A stretch of 64,000 bases of DNA from an archaeon (GCA_041645325.1 JBAZQI010000002.1:8850-72849), one strand, 5' to 3'; shown: positions 46,634-55,795, counted from the first letter of the stretch. Notes: generated from the letters alone by a model not told the origin. Translations and numbers: made by a program.

Positions 46634-48125
46634 AATAATTCTCGCTGATTTTTCCCGTTTTCATGTCATAAATTGGCACGATTCCCGGCGTGGGAACATG
46701 ACCGAGCTTTACCTGGTAATCTGTCCTTGCCTGCCAGGTTCCAGAGTTTATCACTGTTGTGCCCCTGTAGCTTCCATAGGCATTGTGGTGCATGTCGCCA
46801 ATGTAAACAAGGTCAGGCTCCTCCTTTATCACAAGAAAGTCCTCTTTTTCAGGCACGTAAGGCTGTTTCATCCCATATGTTGACATAAGGTCCCTTTTTT
46901 TCAGGGCCTCAATCATCGCCTGCTCCGGATGCGCGCTGTTCAGGAAGCTCACGCTTCCTATCAGGTCATGCAATGCGCCTCCGTGGTAAAGCATTATTTT
47001 CAGGCCCTCTATTTCAACCCAGCCAGGGCTTCCCACAAAATGAATGTTGCCTTTTTCGTAAAGGCTTTTCACAAATTCCTTTGGGATTGCTGGCTGCGGG
47101 TCTGCCCATCTCACGGCATCGTGCTGCCCCGGGATAATCACAACCTCAATGTATTCAGGAACCTGCTCTATCAGCCTGCTGAATTCCTCATACTGCTTGT
47201 AGATGTCCTTTATTGTGAGCTCAACAAACTGGTTTGGGTAAATGCCAACGCCGTCAACATTGTCGCCTGTTATTATCAGGTATTTTATCCTGCCGACCTT
47301 TTCCTGTTCCCTTGTTCCGCCTTCTTTTCCATTGAGCCAGCTCAGGAAACTGTTGCACTCTTTTTCAAGAAACAGCCTGCTTCCGATGTGAAAATCGCTC
47401 GTGGACGCAATCACAAAGTCCGTGTCAACAAGCTTCTGCGGCCTCAATGGCAAATCAGGCCAGAAGATTTCCTTGATTATTACAAGGTCATCATTCCATT
47501 TCACCGCCTTGACGGCTATAACACTGTCGACAAGAACGCGCTCCGCCAGCCCCTCGGTTTCCTTGTCGCCCTTAATGAACAGGGCAATGCACTTTGCCTC
47601 AAGGTCCTCAAGCTCTATTGCAACATGGCCTTTTTTCGTGACCCATTTCCTCAAAACCATTCCTATTACGTCAACCTTTTCGTTTTTTACAGCCGCCTTC
47701 AGCCTCTTTATGGGCCTTGGGCTCAGGCCCTGCCTTCTCTTCAGCATCTGGGACAAAAGCTCGTACTTGCGCCTGAAGTAATCCAAAAAATCCTTGACCT
47801 TGCCCTCGCTGTTGCTCTGGCCAGTGACGTCATTTTTTGAAAGAACCCTTATTTTGGCATCATATTCTTTTGCCGCAGGCTTGAAGGAAGCGCCCTGCAC
47901 CACGGCCTCTTGCTGCGGAACATCATCAAGCTTTGTCTTCAGGAGCTTTTTTTCCACGTCCTCCCTGTTTATGAAGACAATGCCCTCTTCAAGCAACTTG
48001 TCGACGATTTCGCGGAAGTTTTCCTGCCCTGCCAGCAGCTCAACAGCCTTTTCGTCAACAAAGGCGTCTTTCCCGCCGGCATAGCCGATGATTTCGCTTT
48101 TCCTTTTTTCAGCCAGCACCTGCAC
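46614..48125 (-). CDS. polB: DNA polymerase II (PolD) small subunit DP1 (calcineurin-like phosphoesterase exonuclease)
   Basis: OB-fold N-region and phosphoesterase motifs DFHIGS, ITGDNVDG, GQHD and GDMHHN. 503 aa. Confidence 0.9.
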   Translation of the reverse strand: MQVLAEKRKSEIIGYAGGKDAFVDEKAVELLAGQENFREIVDKLLEEGIVFINREDVEKKLLKTKLDDVPQQEAVVQGASFKPAAKEYDAKIRVLSKNDVTGQSNSEGKVKDFLDYFRRKYELLSQMLKRRQGLSPRPIKRLKAAVKNEKVDVIGMVLRKWVTKKGHVAIELEDLEAKCIALFIKGDKETEGLAERVLVDSVIAVKAVKWNDDLVIIKEIFWPDLPLRPQKLVDTDFVIASTSDFHIGSRLFLEKECNSFLSWLNGKEGGTREQEKVGRIKYLIITGDNVDGVGIYPNQFVELTIKDIYKQYEEFSRLIEQVPEYIEVVIIPGQHDAVRWADPQPAIPKEFVKSLYEKGNIHFVGSPGWVEIEGLKIMLYHGGALHDLIGSVSFLNSAHPEQAMIEALKKRDLMSTYGMKQPYVPEKEDFLVIKEEPDLVYIGDMHHNAYGSYRGTTVINSGTWQARTDYQVKLGHVPTPGIVPIYDMKTGKISENYFVEKEE

Positions 48126-48130
48126 CCTGA

Positions 48131-48406
48131 CTACTCCTTTATTTTTTCCTTAATGGATTCCATTCGGCTGATTATTTCCCAAATGTCGGTCCTTGTGTGG
48201 TCAGGTATGTTCAGGTCCTTGCTAATGTCATCCATCAGGTAAACAGCGGTGCACAAATCCTCAATCTTGGGCTTGCTGCCAGAAACCTTTTTCACGGCTT
48301 CCTCAACAATGCCCCTTATGTTCCTTGGCACGCTGTAATCCAAAGCAACTTCCTGCATAAGCTCAAGCAATTCCTTGAGCTCTTTCTTTACGTCTTCCAT
48401 GGCCAT
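48131..48406 (-). CDS. UPF0147 family small protein
   Basis: 91 aa: VPRNIRGIVEEAVKKV...LCTAVYLMDDISKDLNIPDHTRTDIWEIISRMESI fits the conserved UPF0147 pattern (NIRR.A.EA...L.ELDEIS.DPN.P.H.R..IW.I.S.LE). Confidence 0.6.
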   Translation of the reverse strand: MAMEDVKKELKELLELMQEVALDYSVPRNIRGIVEEAVKKVSGSKPKIEDLCTAVYLMDDISKDLNIPDHTRTDIWEIISRMESIKEKIKE

Positions 48407-48665
48407 TCCCCCAAATCAGCACCAAATGGAAAAGTCAATTAAAATCCACTTGGCTTGCTTTAAGCCAAAAAAACAGTGCTGGGAAAAAGATTTAAAGGAA
48501 ACCTTATCCATTCAAAGCCACGGCAAAAGGAACCAGGGCTAAAAGGCGCACGATTTCCAAAAACAGTCTTGTGTTAGACCAGCCCTGTTTGCAGGGCTGT
48601 TTCGTAATTATAACAAAAGATAGCTTTTTATTATTTTTTGTTATATACTGTTTTTGGTGATTGAT

Positions 48666-48908
48666 ATGGTTCAGGCTATTGTGACTTTTGATGAGCACCA
48701 GGACAGGGTTTTGACTATTGTAAAGGGCAAATATGGTTTGAAGAATAAGGCCCAGGCTGTTAATCTGATTGTTGAGCAGTATGAGAAAAACCTTTTGGAG
48801 CCTGAATTGAGGCCCGAGTATAAGGAGGACTTGTTGAAGATTGACAAAGGCAAGTTCAGGCCTTTTTCCAGTGTTGAAGCGTTGAGAAGGGAACTTGAGC
48901 ATGCTTGA
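48666..48908 (+). CDS. Putative antitoxin of type II TA pair
   Basis: 80-aa MVQAIVTFDEHQDRVLTIVKGKYGLKNKAQAVNLIVEQYEKN, RHH/DUF-like. Immediately precedes a RelE-like ORF and overlaps it by 14 nt. AT-rich. Confidence 0.45.
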   Translation: MVQAIVTFDEHQDRVLTIVKGKYGLKNKAQAVNLIVEQYEKNLLEPELRPEYKEDLLKIDKGKFRPFSSVEALRRELEHA

Positions 48909-49173
48909 CTTTGAAATCAGCGAAAAATTGCAGCGCGTTTTTAAAAAGCTGAGGAAAAAAGACAAGGCCAGGCTTGAAATAGCCCTGAAAAAGATTGATG
49001 AAATCTGTTCAGGCCAAGACATTGAGCATTACAAGAACCTTGCGTACGATTTAAAGGAATTCAAGCGGGTCCACATTGACTCGCATTTTGTTTTGATATT
49101 CAAATTTGACAAAAAGGCCGGCAAAATAAAATTTGAAGACCTGCAGCACCACGACACAATCTACAAAAGATAA
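48895..49173 (+). CDS. RelE/ParE-family toxin-like protein
   Basis: EISEKLQRVFKKLRKKDKARLEIALKKIDEI...YKNLAYDLKEFKRVHIDSHFVLIFKFDKKAGKIKFEDLQHHDTIYKR matches the RelE/YoeB pattern (F.K.LKKL...........I..I...P......L.....RVRIG.YR(I/L)IY....I.I..I.HR). Confidence 0.55.
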   Translation: MSMLDFEISEKLQRVFKKLRKKDKARLEIALKKIDEICSGQDIEHYKNLAYDLKEFKRVHIDSHFVLIFKFDKKAGKIKFEDLQHHDTIYKR

Positions 49174-49426
49174 GAGCGCCTCTCCCAAGCGATTTAAATC
49201 TGTTGTGTTTGGGCAGTAAAAAATATGTTATTCCGGTATATTTTGCCATAATAGAAACCTATCCAAATGGCATTATTTGATTTTTTTGGGCAGTAAATAA
49301 TGCCTGTTTTTTAAGGGATTTCGGCAGTAAAAACAAAAGCGTCCTGCAATTATTTGTTTTCCTTTTTGTTTGAACTGGCGGATATTTCTCCAAAGAATTA
49401 TTCATTTATTATGATAGTGCCCTTTA

Positions 49427-49891
49427 ATGTACTTTATGAAACGACCAACCGGCAGACCTCGACGTTTTATGGGCCTAATTATGGGGCGAAAGGGGCCGTC
49501 TGAAGCAGAAACCAACCGTATCCTAACAGAAATCTACCCTAGCCCTTTTCAGAGTGATTTAAGTAAAATGCGGCGAATTAGTGAAGAGTTGCAGTGGCAA
49601 AAAGGTTTAAGGGGCGACCCGAGTGTGCATTCTGCTCGTTGGGACCAGGAAGTGGAATATATTGAATTATGTTTGAAGCGCGGTGTTTGCATTGTATGGC
49701 CCAGAGACAAAGGATTAGAAAATGATGTAGCTGAATTAACGCCTAAACGACGAGAATTATTTCGCAAAAGACTGCAGCAACTCAAGAACAAAATTAATCG
49801 TCAGCTTGCCCGTGAGGCGAAAGCGCGTAGAAAAACACCCCGCTCGCCCCAATATTTGTTAAAAAGCCGATTCAAAAAATCTAAAAGATAA
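49427..49891 (+). CDS. Hypothetical basic protein (possibly foreign origin)
   Basis: 154 aa with RPTGRPRRF near the N-terminus and a very basic C-terminal third (RKRLQQLKNKINRQLAREAKARRKTPRSP...KSRFKKSKR). Codon use differs from neighbours (CGA/CGT Arg). Preceded by three GGCAGTAAA direct repeats. Confidence 0.35.
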   Translation: MYFMKRPTGRPRRFMGLIMGRKGPSEAETNRILTEIYPSPFQSDLSKMRRISEELQWQKGLRGDPSVHSARWDQEVEYIELCLKRGVCIVWPRDKGLENDVAELTPKRRELFRKRLQQLKNKINRQLAREAKARRKTPRSPQYLLKSRFKKSKR

Positions 49892-50083
49892 TGCCTCTTT
49901 TTTTTGCCTTCGTGACGCTGGTCAGCGCAATTTTCACTCTCTTATGCCGGCTGGTTTGTATTTGCTGTATCAGGGGGCATTACTCCTTGTAGCACATGCA
50001 AGAGTGTAAATTTTCGTTCTTTTCCTTTCCTTCCGCCTCTTGAGCAAGGATATGACTCCTTCAACAAAGGGCATTGCCTACTA

Positions 50084-51172
50084 TTATTCTTCTTCAGCTT
50101 CTTCTTCCCCGTCTTCCTTTCCAGATTCGCCTGCCTTTTCCCGCGCCTTTTCCTCTTCAATCGCCTTTTCGCGTTCCATTTCCTCTTCGTTTGCTTTCTT
50201 CAAAAGCATTTCCGCAACCTTCTTGCCTACGCCTGATTCAATTCCTTCCCCCTCAACAAATGCATCCGGAAAGGCCTTTTTTGCCTTTTCCATTTCTTCT
50301 TTTGTCGCAACATCGGCCTTGTTTATCACAGTGAACACAGGCAGGTCTTCGAATTCTTTCCTGATTTCGTTCAGCAGCGAAACCTGTTTTTCCAATGGAA
50401 AGCCGCACTGCATTGTTGGGTCTGCCACAAATATGAGGGCATCGGCAAGGTGCCTCAATGCAGCAACGCCCTTTTTTTCAACAGGGTTCCTTTCTTCAAA
50501 ATGCCTGTCCAATAAACCAGGGGTGTCAATGAACTGAACCTTCAGATAGTTATGTATAAGATATCCTATTTCCAGCTTTTTTGTTGTGAATGGATAGGCC
50601 GCAACCTTTGGCTGGCTTTCCGTAAGCCTTCCAAGCATTGTGCTTTTTCCCGTGTTCGGATAGCCGGCAATTATTGCAGTTGGCATTTCCTTGATATGGG
50701 GAAGCTCCTTGAGCTTCTTTGCAGCCCTGTCATAGTTTTCTATGCTTTTGTCAAGCTTCTTCAAAAGCCCCGCCATTCTCCCATAGAATTCCTTCACTAT
50801 TGGCGCGGCTTTTCTCGCCTCTTCCCTTTCAAGCCCCTTTATCCTGCCAATGGACAATCCCTTAATCTTCAGTATTATTCTCCTTTCCGCGGAAATATGG
50901 CCCAATGCCTTCAATGTCAGGGGCATATCAATCGTTGATTCCATTAGCTCCCTGTAAAAAGGCGTTACCTCTTTCATGCTTGGAAAGCCAACAACAGCAT
51001 TCTGCAGCATTTCCGCAACGTAATTCGAGCTTACCTCTATTCTCTTTATGTTCTTGCCCTTTGCATCCTTGATCGGATTGCGCTCGCTTTTCAGCATTGC
51101 CGACTCTTTCCTCGCCCTGCTGAATGCGGAGTCAAGCAATTCATTGCTTTTTGGCAAAATAATAAGGTTCAT
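50084..51172 (-). CDS. NOG1-family GTPase (archaeal Nog1/MJ1464-like) with acidic C-terminal tail
   Basis: NOG1 N-domain then G1 GYPNTGKST, G3 DTPG, G4 NKAD, and an E/K-rich tail ending EEEAEEE. Confidence 0.85.
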   Translation of the reverse strand: MNLIILPKSNELLDSAFSRARKESAMLKSERNPIKDAKGKNIKRIEVSSNYVAEMLQNAVVGFPSMKEVTPFYRELMESTIDMPLTLKALGHISAERRIILKIKGLSIGRIKGLEREEARKAAPIVKEFYGRMAGLLKKLDKSIENYDRAAKKLKELPHIKEMPTAIIAGYPNTGKSTMLGRLTESQPKVAAYPFTTKKLEIGYLIHNYLKVQFIDTPGLLDRHFEERNPVEKKGVAALRHLADALIFVADPTMQCGFPLEKQVSLLNEIRKEFEDLPVFTVINKADVATKEEMEKAKKAFPDAFVEGEGIESGVGKKVAEMLLKKANEEEMEREKAIEEEKAREKAGESGKEDGEEEAEEE

Positions 51173-51332
51173 TTTTCCCGCCTCTTCCCAAAAATCCAGC
51201 TTTTAGCCCTGTTTTCCAGTTCATTCCGGCTTTTGACAATCTTTTTAATCCTTTGGATAATCTATTGTTATAAAAGCTCTTTTTAAAGCTTTTAAAACGG
51301 TTTTTTTTGGCGGGAAAAAAGGGGTTGTTTCA

Positions 51333-52409
51333 TTGGACCTTGAAAATTTCTATTCTGGCAAAAAATACAGGCTCTACATGGGAATTCCGGCAATCCTTTT
51401 CATCATATTTGCCTTCCTTGCATTCATTTACCCGGCTGTGCCAAAAGGAATTGACCTTCAGGGCGGAACACTCATTGTCATAAGGGGCGACAAGCCGATT
51501 GACGCAGTTGAACTTGAACAGATACTAAACCAGCAATTTGACCTCATTGACCTGAAAGTAAACAGCATCACAGGGCCGAGCGGAAGCGGAGTCAATGTGC
51601 AATTCGCCGCAAGCACCTCAATACAAAATGCATTGCAGCAAGTAGATTCGGCAAAGGCAATGCTTGCCACAAACCCAACAGGGGCGCTGCAGGAGGCCCA
51701 AACCGCCGTGAATTCAATCTCAAGTTTCCTTGGAAGCACCGAACTGCCAAGCCAGCCGGACAAGGCTGTTCCGCAGGCAGAGCTCTACATCATCGAAGCC
51801 AAAAAAAATCTCACCCAAAAAATCCAGGACACCATTATTGGAACATTCTCCCTTCCGGAAGCATCCGCCTTCCAGATAAGGGAAGTCAGCCCGGCATTGG
51901 GCGCATCATTCTGGCAAACAGCCCTGAATGTCAGCATAATGGCCGCAATCCTGATGACACTGGTCATATTCGTCTTTTTCAGGAAAATAGTTCCCACAAT
52001 CGCGGTGCTGCAGGCCGCACTCTTTGATGTCCTTTGTGCGCTTGCCATGATGGCGGTTTTCGCCATTCCACTTTCGCTTAGCAGCATTCCCGCACTTTTA
52101 ATGCTCGTGGGCTACAGCGTTGACACAGACATAATGCTCACGACAAGGGTGCTGCAGGGCAAGGAAGGAACGCCGGCAAAAAGGGCGGCAGGCAGCCTTT
52201 CAACAGGCCTCACAATGACAGGCACGACAATAGCAGCGCTGCTTTCAATGGCGGTTGTTTCCTACCTGAACCAGATAGCTGTGATATTTGAAATTTCAGT
52301 GGTGCTGCTGTTCGGCATGTTCGGAGACCTGATTTCAACCTGGTTCATGAACGCAGGCATAATGCTGTTATACACCGAAAGGAAAAACAAGGGCAAGGGT
52401 GTGTTCTGA
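51333..52409 (+). CDS. secF: Protein-export membrane protein SecF
   Basis: N-terminal TM, GIDLQGGT signature, about 150-aa periplasmic region and a C-terminal six-TM bundle. 358 aa. The shorter gene precedes the longer one, which I recall (unchecked) as the usual archaeal secF-secD order. Confidence 0.7.
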   Translation: MDLENFYSGKKYRLYMGIPAILFIIFAFLAFIYPAVPKGIDLQGGTLIVIRGDKPIDAVELEQILNQQFDLIDLKVNSITGPSGSGVNVQFAASTSIQNALQQVDSAKAMLATNPTGALQEAQTAVNSISSFLGSTELPSQPDKAVPQAELYIIEAKKNLTQKIQDTIIGTFSLPEASAFQIREVSPALGASFWQTALNVSIMAAILMTLVIFVFFRKIVPTIAVLQAALFDVLCALAMMAVFAIPLSLSSIPALLMLVGYSVDTDIMLTTRVLQGKEGTPAKRAAGSLSTGLTMTGTTIAALLSMAVVSYLNQIAVIFEISVVLLFGMFGDLISTWFMNAGIMLLYTERKNKGKGVF

Positions 52410-54022
52410 TGGCCGAACTTTACAAGAATTGGAGGATAATCCTGGTTGCCTTGTTCGTCATTCTTGCCATTGGCATCATAGCATTCAGGGGCGTGCAATT
52501 TGGCATTGATTTCAAGGGCGGAACGCTTTTCCAGGTGCAATTGTCAGAATCCATAAAAGACCTCGATGAAAGGGCAAGGGTTGTGCAGACCATTCAGCAA
52601 AGGCTTGACTGGACAGGCCTCAGGGACATGAGCGTGAACTTTTTCGGCGACGAATTTGTAATAGTCCAGATTGCGGAATCAGACCCTGCGACCATTGAAA
52701 GGATAGAATCGCTGCTGAAAAAACAGGGCATCTTTGAAGCCACAATTGACGGCAACGTGATTTTTTCCGGCGAAGACATAATTGAAATGCCAAAAGACCC
52801 GGCAAAAGGCTACTCGCTTTACTCCGAAGGCTCGGGCGTAAGGTGGGTTCTGCCGTTTGTGCTGAAAAGCTCGGCCGCACAGCGCTTCACCGAAATGACC
52901 TTCCACAAGTGCGACCTTGTTTCCTTTTCCGCCGAAACAGGCCGCGAGTACGAATGCGCAGAAACATTCTTTTTCATAGACCGGCCAAGGGAAGCAGTAA
53001 TCGTGATGCCAAAAGACCTTTTCTTTGACGAAGAACAATTGCTGCTGCAGGGAATTCCAAGCGAAGGAATCTCCGAGGGCACAAAAATTGAGGAAGTAAT
53101 GCTCAACGCGCAGATTCCATACTACCTGGTTGAAAAAGGCCTGCTTTCGCAGGAACAGCTTGAAAGCCTGAAAGGAAACGCGCAAAAAAGGCCTGTTGCA
53201 ATAATCCCAAACAGCCTTCCGGAAGAGGCACAGCAGCAGCTTGAGGCCGCAGGCTTTGAGCTGAAGGTTATTCAGGCAGAAGAAGGAAACCCGTTTGTTT
53301 TTGACGCCGTTGGAATGCGTAGCATCATCGGGTTAAGCGAAAGCGTTGCCCAAATGGACGTGGCAAGGATTGAAGATGCAAAGCCAATGGACAAGTTGCA
53401 GATTTTTGGCTCTGCCGGAACAAGGGACGCCGCTGTGCAAAGAAGGGCTGACCTTGAAATACTGCTCCAATCAGGAAGCCTCTCGGTTTCAGTCAAAAGC
53501 ATCAGCACTGAAACAATTTCACCGCTGCTCGGGGAAACCTTCCTGTGGGATGCCGGCATAACAGCCCTGCTTGCGCTTGCCGCAGTCGCCCTCGTGCTCT
53601 TCATAAGATACAGGTCACTAAAGCTTGTTTCAGTCAACATGTCAATTGACATAATTGAAGTCCTGATAACAGTTGCCCTTGTTTCCCTGATAAGCAAATT
53701 TGACCTCGGCGCAATTGCAGGAATCCTTGCAGCAGTGGGAATAGGCGTTGACGACCAAATAGTAATAATGGACGAGCTGAAAAAAGGCGAAAAAGGCGAA
53801 ACAGGAAACCTTATTGCAAGGGCAAAAAGGGCCTTTTTCATAGTGGTAGCCGCATCGGCAACAATAATCGCGGCAATGCTCCCCATAATACTCATAGGCT
53901 TCGGCCTTGGCAGGCTGGTGGGCTTTGCAATAACAACCATAATGGGCACTCTTGTCGGCGTGCTGATAACAAGGCCTGCTTTCGGCGAAATAGCGAAAAA
54001 ACTGTTTGAAAAAAACGAGTGA
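52409..54022 (+). CDS. secD: Protein-export membrane protein SecD
   Basis: ATGA start/stop overlap with secF. GIDFKGGT signature and a large (~330 aa) periplasmic domain, with C-terminal TM bundle VGIGVDDQIVIMDE. 537 aa. Confidence 0.75.
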   Translation: MAELYKNWRIILVALFVILAIGIIAFRGVQFGIDFKGGTLFQVQLSESIKDLDERARVVQTIQQRLDWTGLRDMSVNFFGDEFVIVQIAESDPATIERIESLLKKQGIFEATIDGNVIFSGEDIIEMPKDPAKGYSLYSEGSGVRWVLPFVLKSSAAQRFTEMTFHKCDLVSFSAETGREYECAETFFFIDRPREAVIVMPKDLFFDEEQLLLQGIPSEGISEGTKIEEVMLNAQIPYYLVEKGLLSQEQLESLKGNAQKRPVAIIPNSLPEEAQQQLEAAGFELKVIQAEEGNPFVFDAVGMRSIIGLSESVAQMDVARIEDAKPMDKLQIFGSAGTRDAAVQRRADLEILLQSGSLSVSVKSISTETISPLLGETFLWDAGITALLALAAVALVLFIRYRSLKLVSVNMSIDIIEVLITVALVSLISKFDLGAIAGILAAVGIGVDDQIVIMDELKKGEKGETGNLIARAKRAFFIVVAASATIIAAMLPIILIGFGLGRLVGFAITTIMGTLVGVLITRPAFGEIAKKLFEKNE

Positions 54023-54023
54023 C

Positions 54024-54521
54024 TCAAAGAAGCGAAGCGAATTCCTTTACCTTTGCAGCCCTCTTTGTAAGCCAGTACCAAAGCAGGATTATTGCCGCGC
54101 TAACCGCAAACCATGAGGCTGTATGAAGCCCCTCGGCCATTTCCGGTCCGAATGAAATTGCGGCCAAAAGCACAAGGTATAAGCGCAGAAGATTAAGCGG
54201 GAAAAGAGCCAGCGTGCCAAATGCAAGAAGCAAAATCTTTTTCTTCAGTTCAGGCCTGCGCAGCGCAAAAATTATCGAGGCAAGCACGCTTATTCCGACA
54301 AGGCCTGTGCAGTTCGGCACAATCTGGAAAGCATGCGAATCAAAGAAAATGGCATTTCCTTCCGCCTGCAGGCCAAGCGCGTTCGCCTCAAGCAATGCAA
54401 TGCCGTTTTCAAGAAAGCCCAAGGGCAGGGAAACAATCAAGAACTGCAGCAGGGCGTAGATAACAAAAAATTTTACAAGAAAAACAAGCGCCTTTTCCCA
54501 GAACCGCTTTGCTTTGGACAT
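54024..54521 (-). CDS. Short exosortase/archaeosortase-family protein (candidate archaeosortase)
   Basis: 165-aa polytopic membrane protein. FQIVPNCTGLVGISVLASIIFALRRPE carries a Cys within a CxG motif, followed about 20 residues later by Arg, as in the exosortase/archaeosortase catalytic Cys/Arg core. One nt downstream of carS on the same strand. Confidence 0.5.
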   Translation of the reverse strand: MSKAKRFWEKALVFLVKFFVIYALLQFLIVSLPLGFLENGIALLEANALGLQAEGNAIFFDSHAFQIVPNCTGLVGISVLASIIFALRRPELKKKILLLAFGTLALFPLNLLRLYLVLLAAISFGPEMAEGLHTASWFAVSAAIILLWYWLTKRAAKVKEFASLL

Positions 54522-54522
54522 T

Positions 54523-55050
54523 TCACCACGGAACCCTTTTTATTTTCCCGATATAGGCAACCCTGTTGCTCACAACATGTAACAGAAGCGTGAAAGCAAG
54601 CAGAAAAATTGCTTCAAGCGTGCTTGGAACAGCGAGCAATGCGCCGGCTGCAAGGCCACCTGCAACAAAATCAAGCTGGTCAAGCAAAAACACGCTTTTT
54701 CCCCTTTCAATGTTAAGCCTTCTTTTCAGGAAGCTTCCGGCAAAGTCGCCGAGAATTGCCCCAAAGGCAAGCAGCACGCCGTACCAGAAATAATTTGTGC
54801 CCAATATTTCCCCTGTCTGGGGAAACACAACATTTATCGCCAGCACCCCCAAAGAGGCGAAGAAAATGCCGGCAAATGTGCCCTTTATGCTTTTCCCGTT
54901 TCCAAGGATTCTGCGGCCGTCAAAAAAATTCCTGCCAAAATCAATCGGCGTTTTTCCGCCAAAAATCAGCGCAAAGCCGTTGCACAAATAAAGCGGAATT
55001 GCCATCAGGCTAACCCTCAAAACAAACAAAACCCAGAAATCCATAAACAA
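54523..55050 (-). CDS. carS: CDP-archaeol synthase (CTP:2,3-di-O-geranylgeranyl-sn-glycero-1-phosphate cytidyltransferase)
   Basis: 175-aa membrane protein with NGFALIFGGKTPIDFG...DGRRILGNGKSIKGTFAGIFF...GDFAGSFLKRRL, matching the DUF46/CarS motifs. Confidence 0.75.
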   Translation of the reverse strand: MFMDFWVLFVLRVSLMAIPLYLCNGFALIFGGKTPIDFGRNFFDGRRILGNGKSIKGTFAGIFFASLGVLAINVVFPQTGEILGTNYFWYGVLLAFGAILGDFAGSFLKRRLNIERGKSVFLLDQLDFVAGGLAAGALLAVPSTLEAIFLLAFTLLLHVVSNRVAYIGKIKRVPW

Positions 55051-55116
55051 TCCCTTTCCCTGAAAGAATTTGCTTCAACCTGATTTAAACCTTTTGCCGT
55101 GCCGATTGCCTGCCCA

Positions 55117-55794
55117 TTACACCAGCCAAACAAGCGCCCAGGCCAATGCCGTGCCGCCAAGGCTCCCCAAAAAGTTCACTTCCGCATTGTTCAGCATGCC
55201 CTTTCTTTCAAAGGCAGCGCCAAAAAAGCTGTCAGCAAGCGACCCAAAGACGCCGCATACCGCAAGCACGATGAAAAGGAACCAGTTTTGGAAGAACAAA
55301 AAATGCACTGCCGCAATAACCAGCGCGCCGGCAAGCGCAGCCGCCATTCCCAATGGCGTTATGCCGCCGTCCGTTCCAGGCTCAACCTTTTTCCAGGTAG
55401 TGATTAGCACGGGCTTTCTTTTTGAAAGCAGGCCTATTTCGCTGCTAAGGGTGTCAGCCAAGGCGCTTGCAAAAGCCGCAAAGAAGCCGAAGGGAAAGCC
55501 AAATGCAAGCGCAAGAATCGCTGTGCCGCTGTTTCCCAAAATGTTTCCCGCAGTCCTTGTCTCATGCCTTGGCTTTCTATTTGCGGCGTAAAGCGTTCCG
55601 GCTTCGGCCACGGCAAAGAACAGTATTGCAACAAAAAAGTACTTGAGGTCGCCTTCTGCCAGAAGAAAAATGGCTATGCCAACAATGTTTGCTATGAGCA
55701 CGCCCTCAAAATTAAGAAGCTTTCTTTTGAATGACAATGCGCTGAAAACACCGAGTATGACAAAGAGGATTAGCACTTCCAGCGGAAGGTCCAT
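55117..55794 (-). CDS. DUF92/TMEM19-family integral membrane protein
   Basis: GNILGNSGTAILALAF...ALADTLSSEIGLLSKRKPVLITTWKKVEPGTDGGITPLGMAAALAGA is the DUF92 signature (GN.LGNGG...LADT.ASEIG..S...P.LIT....V..G..GG(V/I)S..G). Confidence 0.6.
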   Translation of the reverse strand: MDLPLEVLILFVILGVFSALSFKRKLLNFEGVLIANIVGIAIFLLAEGDLKYFFVAILFFAVAEAGTLYAANRKPRHETRTAGNILGNSGTAILALAFGFPFGFFAAFASALADTLSSEIGLLSKRKPVLITTWKKVEPGTDGGITPLGMAAALAGALVIAAVHFLFFQNWFLFIVLAVCGVFGSLADSFFGAAFERKGMLNNAEVNFLGSLGGTALAWALVWLV

Positions 55795-55795
55795 T

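Noticed and set aside
48504-49022. 172-aa minus-strand ORF over the RelE-like TA pair
   Set aside because: Low-complexity Leu/Ser/Phe/Asn-rich translation, antisense to two ORFs with recognisable TA-family features.
50040-50537. 165-aa + strand ORF overlapping the NOG1 GTPase gene
   Set aside because: Ser/Phe-rich antisense translation of the E/K-rich NOG1 tail. Spurious.
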